In this document: piece by piece, positions 28,370 to 38,120 of the stretch | How the letters are laid out: every line of letters begins with the position of its first letter | Position numbering within the stretch: the stretch's first letter is position 1 | Source: a virus | Length of the DNA stretch: 64,000 nucleotides | Virus record (IMG/VR): IMGVR_UViG_3300015263_000627 | Strand: one strand, 5' to 3' | Program-made: the position numbers and the translations under genes | The notes under the pieces: model-generated | Database searches by the model: none | What the model was told of the DNA's origin: nothing | Seen by the model: the letters and a program-made list of their open reading frames with translations, nothing else

Positions 28370-28848
28370 AAATAGAAGAATTGCCGGAACGCCTACGTTG
28401 GCAACCTCCTACAACTGGCATGGAAAAACAAATAGCTAGATTAGTTGAAATGTTGAGATATGGAGAACATAGACGATCTGAATTTGCCGAAACAATTGAG
28501 GCAACTATGGCATATGCCTATAGCCTTGAAAAACAATTGCGTCACATTTATAAAGAAAAATACGAATTAGAAGAATGTCTTGCCGTTTCAACTCCACCTT
28601 TTACAGCAAAGTGGTCTATTGATCAAGCTATATCTAGGGAAGGTTATATATTTGATTGGTATATAGAACCACTTCATTGGCGTTGTTATTTAAATGAATC
28701 TCAAACAAGAGCCGATGAAAAACTTTGGAAACGAATACGATCCTCAACTTATAAGCAATTACTCAAAAAAGTCCGGAAACAATTCGAAAAAACTTTCCCA
28801 ACATACGCTCCAAAATACGCTCCAAAATACGTCCCTAAAAGTAAATAG
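28366..28848 (+). CDS. Hypothetical protein
   Basis: Coupled to gp41; C-terminal YAPK repeats. Confidence 0.55.
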   Translation: MKIEELPERLRWQPPTTGMEKQIARLVEMLRYGEHRRSEFAETIEATMAYAYSLEKQLRHIYKEKYELEECLAVSTPPFTAKWSIDQAISREGYIFDWYIEPLHWRCYLNESQTRADEKLWKRIRSSTYKQLLKKVRKQFEKTFPTYAPKYAPKYVPKSK

Positions 28849-28860
28849 TTTTCCCCAACT

Positions 28861-28886
28861 AAGCCCCTTCGGGGGCTTCTTTTTTG
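28861..28886 (+). terminator. Intrinsic terminator (UUCG loop)
   Basis: AAGCCCC-TTCG-GGGGCTT then T tract. Confidence 0.9.
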
Positions 28887-28899
28887 TCCTAAATACTAC

Positions 28900-30885
28900 A
28901 TGTTCAACCAACATGTAGGTTTTTTTATGCTCAAAGATGAATATTGTTATCCTGAATCGGTTATTTTGATCGATGAAGCCATAATTTATGAAAAGGCAAA
29001 TGAAGCCAAATCGGTAACCGAACCAGCAGTTCCCAAGCCTACCAAATCCCGTATGTCAAGCCAAAGTCATCTTGACCATGCCGAGGATTTGTTGATTCGT
29101 AAAGGTGAAAGAGGCTTTGATGATATTTTGTCGAGTCTTGGAAAGACCTATGACTATATTCGGGGGCGACACCGAAATGGTTACAGTATTTCCATGAAAT
29201 TTGATGGTAGTCCGGGTATTCTTTGGGGTTATATCAAAGGCAAATTCTTTGTCGCAACCAAATCCTTTTTCAATAAGACCCCCAAAATCAATTTCACCGA
29301 AAAGGATATTGCAACTAATCATGCAAGTTCTTCGAGTATTCAGAAAAAACTTAAATTGATGTTGAAATATCTCCCGGCAGTTACCCCCAAAACAGGTATA
29401 TTTCGGGGAGACTTGATGTTCACTCCCGGTGATGTTTCTCAAGATGGGGATGATATCAATTTTACTCCCAATACCCTGACCTATCATGTTCCTTCGACTA
29501 CCCCGGAAGGAAAAGAACTTCTAAAAGCCAAGATAGGCTTAGTTCCTCACATGATTTATCATGAACAAGAAAATGGCGATCTAAAGGCTACCTTTGATAG
29601 CAGTTTGGCTAAATTCCGTCGAAGTCCTGATGTTTACTTATTCGACCCAAAAATTACTGGACCTTTCGACTTTCCTCCGAATAAACAGCAACAATTTGCT
29701 TCAGAATTGATGAAGGCTCGAAATCTTCAAAAGACCTTGGCTGATCTACATGTATTTGATGCAATAAAGGATCATGAGCCTCTATTATTGAGCTACATCA
29801 ATTCATCAATCAAGGAAAAGAAAGAACGATCCGTTGCAGGTTACATATCTTTTGTTCAAAAATTGTTCAAAAAACATATCGAACATGTAAAATTGGATAA
29901 AACTAAGAACCGTATCCAAAAGGAAGTTGATGCCGAATTATTCCGGATCAATCAGAACAAGAAGGGTATTGAAACCCTATTCGATGCCCATAATCATATC
30001 CAAAACGCCAAGCAAGTTCTTGTTGATGTTCTATCTAAGACTTCTCCCTATAAAGAAACTATTCTAGGCAAACCCTCCAAACCGGAAGGTTTTGTCGTAT
30101 CTGTTCATGGTCAACCGGTCAAGCTTGTGGATCGAAAGGAATTTTCCGCTGCTAATTTTGATTGGAACACTAAGGTCGATCCCGAAGATAATCCAATGGT
30201 CATATCATGGGGACGTATGAATCCTATGACAGCAGGACACGAAAAGATGATGAATATTGGAAGTGATATTGCTCGCCGTATTGGAGCTAAACAAAAGGTC
30301 ATTATGTCCCGAAGTCAGGACCCGGAGAAAAATCCTCTAACTCCTCAAGAAAAATTGAAATGGGCAAAGACTCTATTCCCGGGCAAAGATATTGCTGTTG
30401 CGGGAGAAAATGAACCAACCCTTATTGCTCAATTACAACATATGTATAATAGTGGGGTCAAAGACCTTACTATGGTTGCAGGTAGTGATCGAACCAAAGA
30501 ATATACCAAAATCCTTGCTCGATATAACGGTCCCGGTGAAAACAAGCTATTTAATTTCAAGCGAGTTAGGGTTGTATCAGCAGGCGAGCGTGATCCAGAT
30601 AGTGAAGGTATTGCAGGTATCAGCGCAAGCAAGGTTAGAAGCGCCGCTGCCAAGAATGATTATAAAACCTTCTCGTCAATGATCCCTAAACACGTATCTT
30701 CTCTTGCCCGTCAAGACCTATTCCATACCCTTCGAGCTAATCAAGGATTGGTAAAAATAGGCTCAGATACTCCGGGGATAGCTCTTAGCATATATTCTAA
30801 ACGGAAACAGGGGGATAAGGTGGGTGATGATTCTAGGCGCGAGATTGAAAAACGCAAAAAACAAGGAAATTGGACCGGAAAATAA
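28900..30885 (+). CDS. Fusion of putative ligase-fold nucleotidyltransferase and HIGH-family (cytidyltransferase-like) domain
   Basis: N-terminal KFDG, GDLMF, EGFVV, VKLVDR; C-terminal WGRMNPMTAGHEK, KNPL, MVAGSDR, GERDPD, ISASKVR. Confidence 0.7.
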   Translation: MFNQHVGFFMLKDEYCYPESVILIDEAIIYEKANEAKSVTEPAVPKPTKSRMSSQSHLDHAEDLLIRKGERGFDDILSSLGKTYDYIRGRHRNGYSISMKFDGSPGILWGYIKGKFFVATKSFFNKTPKINFTEKDIATNHASSSSIQKKLKLMLKYLPAVTPKTGIFRGDLMFTPGDVSQDGDDINFTPNTLTYHVPSTTPEGKELLKAKIGLVPHMIYHEQENGDLKATFDSSLAKFRRSPDVYLFDPKITGPFDFPPNKQQQFASELMKARNLQKTLADLHVFDAIKDHEPLLLSYINSSIKEKKERSVAGYISFVQKLFKKHIEHVKLDKTKNRIQKEVDAELFRINQNKKGIETLFDAHNHIQNAKQVLVDVLSKTSPYKETILGKPSKPEGFVVSVHGQPVKLVDRKEFSAANFDWNTKVDPEDNPMVISWGRMNPMTAGHEKMMNIGSDIARRIGAKQKVIMSRSQDPEKNPLTPQEKLKWAKTLFPGKDIAVAGENEPTLIAQLQHMYNSGVKDLTMVAGSDRTKEYTKILARYNGPGENKLFNFKRVRVVSAGERDPDSEGIAGISASKVRSAAAKNDYKTFSSMIPKHVSSLARQDLFHTLRANQGLVKIGSDTPGIALSIYSKRKQGDKVGDDSRREIEKRKKQGNWTGK

Positions 30886-30894
30886 TCTATATTT

Positions 30895-30902
30895 ATAAAT
30901 AC
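30895..30902 (+). promoter_or_regulatory. T4-type late promoter
   Basis: TATAAATA; variants (C/A)TAAATA also at ~9480, 28889, 32002, 35601, 38091, 53082 and on minus strand before the spanins and lysin. Confidence 0.65.
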
Positions 30903-30922
30903 TACGAATAAAGGAGAATTAT

Positions 30923-31888
30923 ATGCCAAATCCACACAAATTATTCCGATTAGGTAAACATCCCAAGAAAACTGACCGTCGCACTTTGCAATTGGCACGA
31001 TACTTGCCTACATTGCCGACACCCCCGACTAAAATTGATCATGCGTCGAAATTACCGGCTAATATCGGAATGATGGGAAATGATGTGTATGGAGATTGCA
31101 CTGTTGCAGCCGCAGGACATATGATTCAATCATGGTCAGTATATGCCGATGGTTTATTGACTATTCCAGATTCCGACATTATAGCAGCTTATAAAATCGT
31201 ATCACCAAATGATGATGGCGCATATTTGTTGGATGTTCTAAATCTCTGGAAAAAAACCGGGGTAGGAGTGGATAAGATCGAAGGATTTGTTGAAACTGGA
31301 ATGGCTGATCTTATTCAAGCAAAGATAAGCATCCAATATTTCGGATCAGCTTATATTGGTATGTCCCTTCCAAACACCAATACTTTTGGTCCTTGGGATG
31401 TTCCTAATCCAACATGGTCCCCCAATCCATACAATGGTCATGCAGTCAATTTGATGGCATATGATGATTCTCGACAAATGTTCAAGGTTGCAACTTGGGG
31501 TGAAATATGGGATATGTCCTATGGCTGGTTCCGCAAGTATTGTGATGAAAGTTATGCAGTTTTGAATGATCTGTCTCTATTGAGTCAAACCGGGAAAACT
31601 CCGGAAGGATTTGATTGGAATGCTCTTGTCTATGACTTGCAGCATATTGGCGATCCGATTGTTGATCCTATTCCGGAACCAACTCCAACTCCAACCCCGA
31701 CACCATCAGGACCAATTGATATTACAGGTTTAGGGGGAGCCTATTGGGTTGTTTATTTGAACGATGTAGCTCAAACCCCGCAACATAGCCAGCAATTCGA
31801 AGCGGTGCAACATATAGATAAATTAAGATGGGAAAATCCAAACGCAAAATTAGAAATTAAACATAACGTTATTTACGTTGTAAAATAA
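30923..31888 (+). CDS. Papain-like (C1-type) cysteine peptidase with PT linker
   Basis: ND.YGDCTVAA (Cys), GHAV (His), ATWG; PEPTPTPTP linker. Confidence 0.75.
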   Translation: MPNPHKLFRLGKHPKKTDRRTLQLARYLPTLPTPPTKIDHASKLPANIGMMGNDVYGDCTVAAAGHMIQSWSVYADGLLTIPDSDIIAAYKIVSPNDDGAYLLDVLNLWKKTGVGVDKIEGFVETGMADLIQAKISIQYFGSAYIGMSLPNTNTFGPWDVPNPTWSPNPYNGHAVNLMAYDDSRQMFKVATWGEIWDMSYGWFRKYCDESYAVLNDLSLLSQTGKTPEGFDWNALVYDLQHIGDPIVDPIPEPTPTPTPTPSGPIDITGLGGAYWVVYLNDVAQTPQHSQQFEAVQHIDKLRWENPNAKLEIKHNVIYVVK

Positions 31889-32035
31889 CGAATTAGACCT
31901 TGAATTTTTGCGTCTTTTCGAGAAAGTAATTCCGACATATAATCCTCTTATATTTCCATAAATAATATCACAAATTAGTAATAAAGTCAATCCCAAAAAA
32001 CCTAAATATCATAGTAGTTAGCCTACGGGAACCCT

Positions 32036-35000
32036 ATGGAGAAAATAATGATAAATGGACCATTCACTCAACCTTTGGACAATATTGCCAAGGCTTATCA
32101 AGAAATCCACAAAAAGACGATAGAAGATGCCGAAAAAGCGGAATCTGCCAAGGTTGAGGCTAATACTCAACCTTTGAAAGAAGGATTTGATGATTATAAC
32201 GAAATCGCCAAGGAACTAATCAAACGTTCCAAAGGTAAAGTCACCAAAGAACATATCCGAGATTTGGAAGATGAGCGTGATTCCCGAGGCTCTTTGGATT
32301 GGGATGAAGTTGCTCATCATATAAAAAAACATGGTGGAACTGTTGTTGAAGAAACCAAAAAGAAAGATAAAAAAAAGGTATGGAGTAAGGATGGCGACCC
32401 CAAGGAATATGGGGTAGATAAAGAACGTGAATTGGCAAAGGAAGAAAAGATTGACGAAATCAGTGTTGCCGCTGAAAAGAATTATTATAAGAAAAGCCAT
32501 GGTTGGATAAGCAAGAAAACCCGCGAATTGAATAAACGGGCTTATCATGCCATTTCGGCTGATGAAGTTCCTTCTAAAAAGGAACGGGATAAAGTCGAAC
32601 AGCGAAAGAAAATCAGCAACAAAGTATATCACAAGTTGATGGATGAAACTCAGCTTGATGAAATTTCCAAAAGAGCTTTAACAACCTACATTGACAAATC
32701 TGCTCAAGATTATAATTCTGCTAATAAAGAACGATATAATCAACTAACTTCATTCTATACAACGGCTGAAAAAAGACGCGATAAAAGATTGAAAGGAATT
32801 GGAACAGCATTCAAAAAATTACAGAATAAAATTTATCATGCTGATGAAGAAACTCAATTTGAGGAAGGATTTGCTCCGGTAACAAAAGACCGTCGAGGAA
32901 AATGGTGGGCTGTTGATGTTGAATCTGGTATGGAACATCATGGTCCTTTCGATACCGAAGATGAAGCTCATTCGGCTCATGAAAAATGGGAAGCTGGTAT
33001 TGCGCGTGAAGCTGAAAGAATGCGTAAAGCTTACATGTTGCAAAAATCCGGAAAAATGGATGAAGCAAAACGTCAATCAGTAATTGATGTATCCAGTGAA
33101 GATGCTGCTCGTTCTATTCGAGATGCAACCCGTAAGAATTACGAAACAGCATCTAAACAAAAATTCCGTACTGATGATGCATATGCCAATGCCTTCCTAT
33201 ATCCGAAAATCATTGGAAAATCAAAGGGATTGAAAATTCCGTTTATGTCCGAGGGTTTGAATGAAGCTCTTGATGTTCCGACTCCTTCCGCCGAAGAACT
33301 AGCCAAAAAATACAAACTATCTCTTGACCAAATCACCCAAATGATCAAGGTTGGAGCGGAAGTCGAGAAAGAACATACAACAACTGAAAAGAATGCCGAG
33401 GAAATTGCCCGTGACCATCTTGGCGAACGTCCTGATTATTATGACAAGTTGAAGAAAATGGAGGATTCTAAGGTTACTAAACCGGTCAAGGAAGAAACAC
33501 TTGATGAAATATCATTTGATAAACTGGATCGATATATGCCCAAAGCACAAAAAGAATTGCAAACATATGGAATGAATAAACCCGAAACCGATCTAAGCAT
33601 TTATGGTGACAGTAAAGCCGAGCAAGCAAGAGGGGCAGCTTATGAAAAGGATATTGATCGTCGCCGCCAAAATCGTAAATCAGGTCTAATGACAGCTTAT
33701 CTCAAGATGAAAGCCCGCGCCAAAATTCCAGCGACTTATAATGATGATGATTTGTATCAAAGGGAAGAAACCGAATTGAATGAACTAAATCGATCCACCC
33801 TTGCATCTTATATTCCTAAAGCATATGCTAGTGGTGTTGATTCAACAAGTGATGCCCAAGCTTATTATGTTGGATGGACTGATCCTGATAAACCAAGACA
33901 ACAACGTAATCTTTATCGAAAATCTATGGAAAAAAACTGGGACAAAGTTGGAAATCGAGCAAGGGGTGTTCGTCTTGCTACTAAAAAACTTCAAGACCCT
34001 AAGTATGGAAGATTTGCGACCACTATTGGATTTCAAGCACATCAAGCTGCTACAAAAGAAGAAACCGAATTGAATGAACTTCAATCCAAGGGTGAATTTC
34101 ATCAAAAATTTAAATATGGAGATTGGCCAAAACCCGAACCAGCACAACTTAGTCTTTTCAAAAAGAAAAGAAAGCCTTTGAATAAAAGACCGACTGAATA
34201 TAAGAAAAAAGAATACAAGAGTTTTCCAATTGAAGTTCAAAAGAAAGCAAAACTTGTTCACAAGATGATGGGACAACAAGCGGTTTCGAGATATGAACCT
34301 GCATATCGTGAAGGTTTGAAAGAAAAAATTGCAAAATCAAAACAACGCCAAACAAAATCAGCTAAAAATTTCAAACTATCCCAAACACAATGGATAAAAA
34401 TGAAGAATGAAGAAACTCAGCTTGATGAATTAAACCGCTCAACTCTTGCATCTTATATCAAGAAGGCTCATGTTAGTGGATTGAAAGCAGCAGCAGAAGG
34501 TGAAGAAGCATATCAAGATAATTATCATTATGGTCGTGGTTGGGATACATTTCTCAAAAAAATGTATAAAGCAAATGCCGTTGGGGAAAAGCGTGAACGT
34601 GGTATCAACCTTGCGGCTAAAAAACTTCAAGACCATAAGTATGGAAGATTTGCAACTACTATTGGATTTCAAGCACACCAAGCTGCTGCCCATCGAAACG
34701 AAGAAACCATAAATGAAGGAAAATTACGTCCGCGTAAGATTTCCAGCATTATGAATGACAAACGTGATTGGCAAGGTAATTCCGAAAGAGCAAGGGGAAA
34801 TCCTGAATATCCAGCGGTTTGGCCAAAATATGATGAAAAGAATATTGGGGGCGGGGTCCTTCGCACAACTCATATTCCCAAGGAAAAAGTTGCGGAATAT
34901 GAAAAGGATGTTGTCAAAAAAGGTGTAGCGGCTGGCAAATTCCTGAAACAACAACGCAAGGATTGGCTTGCTAAGAAAAAAGGTGAACGTGAAAAGGTTA

Positions 35001-35059
35001 AGATAAAGAATTTGGGGGTAGCTTGGGGATTTAACCCGGGCACCATGGGAGTCACCTGA
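32036..35059 (+). CDS. Large charged putative capsid-internal polyprotein with repeats
   Basis: Recurrent EET-x-(L/I)-(D/N)-E motifs; EVEKEHT...IARDHL.ERPDYYDKL (DUF5661-like) module. Confidence 0.7.
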   Translation: MEKIMINGPFTQPLDNIAKAYQEIHKKTIEDAEKAESAKVEANTQPLKEGFDDYNEIAKELIKRSKGKVTKEHIRDLEDERDSRGSLDWDEVAHHIKKHGGTVVEETKKKDKKKVWSKDGDPKEYGVDKERELAKEEKIDEISVAAEKNYYKKSHGWISKKTRELNKRAYHAISADEVPSKKERDKVEQRKKISNKVYHKLMDETQLDEISKRALTTYIDKSAQDYNSANKERYNQLTSFYTTAEKRRDKRLKGIGTAFKKLQNKIYHADEETQFEEGFAPVTKDRRGKWWAVDVESGMEHHGPFDTEDEAHSAHEKWEAGIAREAERMRKAYMLQKSGKMDEAKRQSVIDVSSEDAARSIRDATRKNYETASKQKFRTDDAYANAFLYPKIIGKSKGLKIPFMSEGLNEALDVPTPSAEELAKKYKLSLDQITQMIKVGAEVEKEHTTTEKNAEEIARDHLGERPDYYDKLKKMEDSKVTKPVKEETLDEISFDKLDRYMPKAQKELQTYGMNKPETDLSIYGDSKAEQARGAAYEKDIDRRRQNRKSGLMTAYLKMKARAKIPATYNDDDLYQREETELNELNRSTLASYIPKAYASGVDSTSDAQAYYVGWTDPDKPRQQRNLYRKSMEKNWDKVGNRARGVRLATKKLQDPKYGRFATTIGFQAHQAATKEETELNELQSKGEFHQKFKYGDWPKPEPAQLSLFKKKRKPLNKRPTEYKKKEYKSFPIEVQKKAKLVHKMMGQQAVSRYEPAYREGLKEKIAKSKQRQTKSAKNFKLSQTQWIKMKNEETQLDELNRSTLASYIKKAHVSGLKAAAEGEEAYQDNYHYGRGWDTFLKKMYKANAVGEKRERGINLAAKKLQDHKYGRFATTIGFQAHQAAAHRNEETINEGKLRPRKISSIMNDKRDWQGNSERARGNPEYPAVWPKYDEKNIGGGVLRTTHIPKEKVAEYEKDVVKKGVAAGKFLKQQRKDWLAKKKGEREKVKIKNLGVAWGFNPGTMGVT
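33775..34700 (+). repeat. Internal duplicated module in large late gene
   Basis: L(N/D)ELNRSTLASYI.KA and KKLQD.KYGRFATTIGFQAHQAA each occur twice with near-identical DNA. Confidence 0.9.
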
Positions 35060-35084
35060 AACCGAAAACCTACGGGGAACCGGG

Positions 35085-35654
35085 ATGAGTAAACTATCAA
35101 CCGACAAAATACGCTATCTAGCGGCTCTTGGTCTTGCAGGCGATCAAGTCCATATCGGCTATTATGTCGCCGCTATGGAAAATCCATACGAAACGGTGCG
35201 TGATTCATTCCGTCGTGAATATGCCGCCGATGTTCTCAATAAATTGCTCGATATTGCAGCCGAAGATCAGCTTGTCTATGACCATATTGTATCCAATCTG
35301 ACCAAAGGAAATCCCAACCGTGAACGAGGACGCCCATGGATCAGTGATAGGGCTATGGAAGCTATCGAGGACAAAGCGGTTGAAAGTGGTATTCCGGTTC
35401 CGATATTGCTTGAGTTATATAATCGAGGGTATAACCAACCGCCCAAAATTCACTTAACTAAGGAAAATCAGGCATTCAATTGTATCAATAGCTATATTGC
35501 CAAGGGAAAAGCATGGCGCGACAATCCGGATTTACGATTGGATGGCACTGATTCCCTTCGCCAAATCTATTCCAATGATACCCCCGGGGAGCCTAATAGT
35601 CTAAATACTAAGAAATCGACTATTGATACTATCAAAAGGATTGTGAAAAAATGA
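35085..35654 (+). CDS. Hypothetical late protein (DUF5824-like segment)
   Basis: AIEDKAVESGIP..ILLELYNRG...AFNCINSYI. Confidence 0.65.
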   Translation: MSKLSTDKIRYLAALGLAGDQVHIGYYVAAMENPYETVRDSFRREYAADVLNKLLDIAAEDQLVYDHIVSNLTKGNPNRERGRPWISDRAMEAIEDKAVESGIPVPILLELYNRGYNQPPKIHLTKENQAFNCINSYIAKGKAWRDNPDLRLDGTDSLRQIYSNDTPGEPNSLNTKKSTIDTIKRIVKK

Positions 35655-38074
35655 CTAGACCTTTTCAAAGTCTTGAATCTGTTATTCGAGAACATCTAGC
35701 AAGAAAGGACCTTCATGAAGCTGACAATGTGGGGGAACGGGGAGTTATTGCATCCACCGATACACAAAATGTTTCTACGCCGACTGAAACCGCGCCTGAT
35801 AAAAAGAACAAAAAGAAAAAAGAAGACGCAATTCAGAATGATCCCAACACAATTGAAATAGGAAAAACATCACCAATTGATTTAGCTCCAACAACTGACG
35901 ATCCCAAGATCACTGATTTGGTTGATAAAAAAGACAAGAAAATAGTTGAAGAAAAAGAAAAAACTTTGGGTAAGGGCATTCATTATCGTAATTATCATAA
36001 TCATATTCGTAAAGAAGTAATGAGAATTTTATCAGCTAATCAAAATTTAGCGGATAAACACGAAATAAGACCAAGAGGGGACCAAAAAAATGAAGAAAAG
36101 ACTTCGCAAATTATGGACCAAAGCAAAAAGATTCTTACCCAAGAAATCCAAGAAACGCCCATCATCGATCAAAATCGAAATGCCGAAGAAAAAATTTCGC
36201 ATTTAGATGAACGTAAAGACCAAACTGCCGAAGATGAACGTGTTTCAATGTATCATCGTGCCGGAAACGCCGAAGCCACTAAGAAACACCGAAAAGAAAA
36301 GATAGTTCATCGAACCCGACAAACTATCAACGGAATACGTTTGCGTCAAAGAAAGATCAAGGAAGAAACCATTGATGAAACAAGTGATGTAGCGTTGAAA
36401 CGTTATAGACTTGCCCTTGCGCGAAGGCTTGGAATACCGGAAAATAAAATCCCCAAAATGAAAGGGGAATACAAAGATCATGAACATATTCCAATTGCTC
36501 CAACCCCATTGCTTGATAAAGGAAAATATCAACGAGTAGATTCGCATGGTGTTGTGCGTGAGGATACATTTGATCCATTTGCTGCTACTGGACAGTTGAT
36601 TTCAAATATTATCAAAACAATTGCTCAAGCAAGAATGACACATAATAAACGAGCTAAAAACTCGCAATATAAAAATCATCCCCATCAAACTCAAAAAGCT
36701 CCTCCACCAGCTTCGGTTCCTCCGATACAGTCGGTCCAAAAACCTCCTCCGACACAATCAGCGTTGCCTCCACAATCGGGACAACCATCTGTGCAAGCCC
36801 CGGCTCCAAAACCAAAGAAACCAAAGTCTCCAACAGTATCTTATAAGATTGGACAAAAATGGAAACCGGCTCGACAAAAATTTAGAAACAAAGCCGAAGC
36901 TAATGCATTTATTCTATCAGCACTCAAAAGCAAGGGAGCAGGCTCCGGAGTTACATGGCGAATCAACGAAGGAATGATGAAGCGTTGGTTGATGGATATG
37001 GAATACCATGCCGATACTGTTCTACAAGCCAAGAAAGGTGACCGCAAAGCTGCTAAACAGGAATTTTTGAAGAAATTCCCCAACCAAGGTCATGTATTCG
37101 ATAATCATATGAAAGCTAATGATGAATACAATAGCGGACAGCAACAAGAAGAAACCATCAATGAACTTTATGGAAAAGGAACAGATTTATTCAATATTTA
37201 TCGTCACTGGAAAGATGAAGCTGAGAATGACGAAACAAAAACTAGTGCCGAAGCTAGAACAAAAACAAATAGAGCAGCTAATCTTATAAATCGTGGTAGA
37301 AATTACAAGAATTGGAAAAAGAATGTAGCTTCAACTTCTAAAAAGTTTTATCAACAAGATTTAGAACGTAATAAAAAGGAAATGTCCGAAGAAACTATCA
37401 ATGAAATCTCCAAAAGGAGAGCCTTGGATTATATTGGGGGAGCCGTTGGATCAGTTGCCAATAAAAACATGAATTTGGGATATGAAATTGGTATTGGTAA
37501 AAAGGACGAAAAACGTTCCGAAAAAACCCGTAAACTAGGAAATAGGCAAGCATATATATCAATAGCAGCAAATAAGCTTGCTAAAAAGTGGGTCCGGGTT
37601 CCGGCAACCGAAGAAGTTGTTATGGAAGCAAAAAGAGCCGGTCTAACCCCGCGCGATACCGGCGATCAGCATATCATTAACCAACTAAGAACAGCCCAAG
37701 ATTTTGGTACTCATTCCCTTCGATTCAAGGATAATTCAACCCTTGACGTTGATCGAGCAACGGCTGACAAGATTTTGGACAAATATGAGGGATTGCGAAC
37801 CTCTATTGACAAAGAATCCATGACCAATAGGCTATGGGCTTCGAAGCAATCCTTTAACGATTATATGAGTGGAAAGCCGGAAACTGTCCAAAAATCCGGA
37901 CCTTCCATGCCGTTTGGATTTGTTCCCAAGGGTCTAAAAGCCGGTAAAACCGGAGCATCTCGTAATCCAAGTCCTCTTGACCATAAAATAGCCAAGCCTT
38001 TTAGCTCAAAAGAGCTTGAAGATAAGGGAATCAAGTATCGAGAAGGGGAAAAGGACCCGAAATTTTGGACATAA
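35651..38074 (+). CDS. Second large charged putative internal polyprotein
   Basis: EETIDE, EETINE (x2), LHE, VME motifs; Pro-rich linker. Confidence 0.7.
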   Translation: MTRPFQSLESVIREHLARKDLHEADNVGERGVIASTDTQNVSTPTETAPDKKNKKKKEDAIQNDPNTIEIGKTSPIDLAPTTDDPKITDLVDKKDKKIVEEKEKTLGKGIHYRNYHNHIRKEVMRILSANQNLADKHEIRPRGDQKNEEKTSQIMDQSKKILTQEIQETPIIDQNRNAEEKISHLDERKDQTAEDERVSMYHRAGNAEATKKHRKEKIVHRTRQTINGIRLRQRKIKEETIDETSDVALKRYRLALARRLGIPENKIPKMKGEYKDHEHIPIAPTPLLDKGKYQRVDSHGVVREDTFDPFAATGQLISNIIKTIAQARMTHNKRAKNSQYKNHPHQTQKAPPPASVPPIQSVQKPPPTQSALPPQSGQPSVQAPAPKPKKPKSPTVSYKIGQKWKPARQKFRNKAEANAFILSALKSKGAGSGVTWRINEGMMKRWLMDMEYHADTVLQAKKGDRKAAKQEFLKKFPNQGHVFDNHMKANDEYNSGQQQEETINELYGKGTDLFNIYRHWKDEAENDETKTSAEARTKTNRAANLINRGRNYKNWKKNVASTSKKFYQQDLERNKKEMSEETINEISKRRALDYIGGAVGSVANKNMNLGYEIGIGKKDEKRSEKTRKLGNRQAYISIAANKLAKKWVRVPATEEVVMEAKRAGLTPRDTGDQHIINQLRTAQDFGTHSLRFKDNSTLDVDRATADKILDKYEGLRTSIDKESMTNRLWASKQSFNDYMSGKPETVQKSGPSMPFGFVPKGLKAGKTGASRNPSPLDHKIAKPFSSKELEDKGIKYREGEKDPKFWT

Positions 38075-38120
38075 CAACAAAAAAATTTGATAAATATAAT
38101 ATAAACTAAGGAGAATAAAC

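Noticed and set aside
28798-28840. 12-bp tandem repeat (AAAATACGCTCC)
   Set aside because: Short coding repeat (YAPK) at a C-terminus; no regulatory context.
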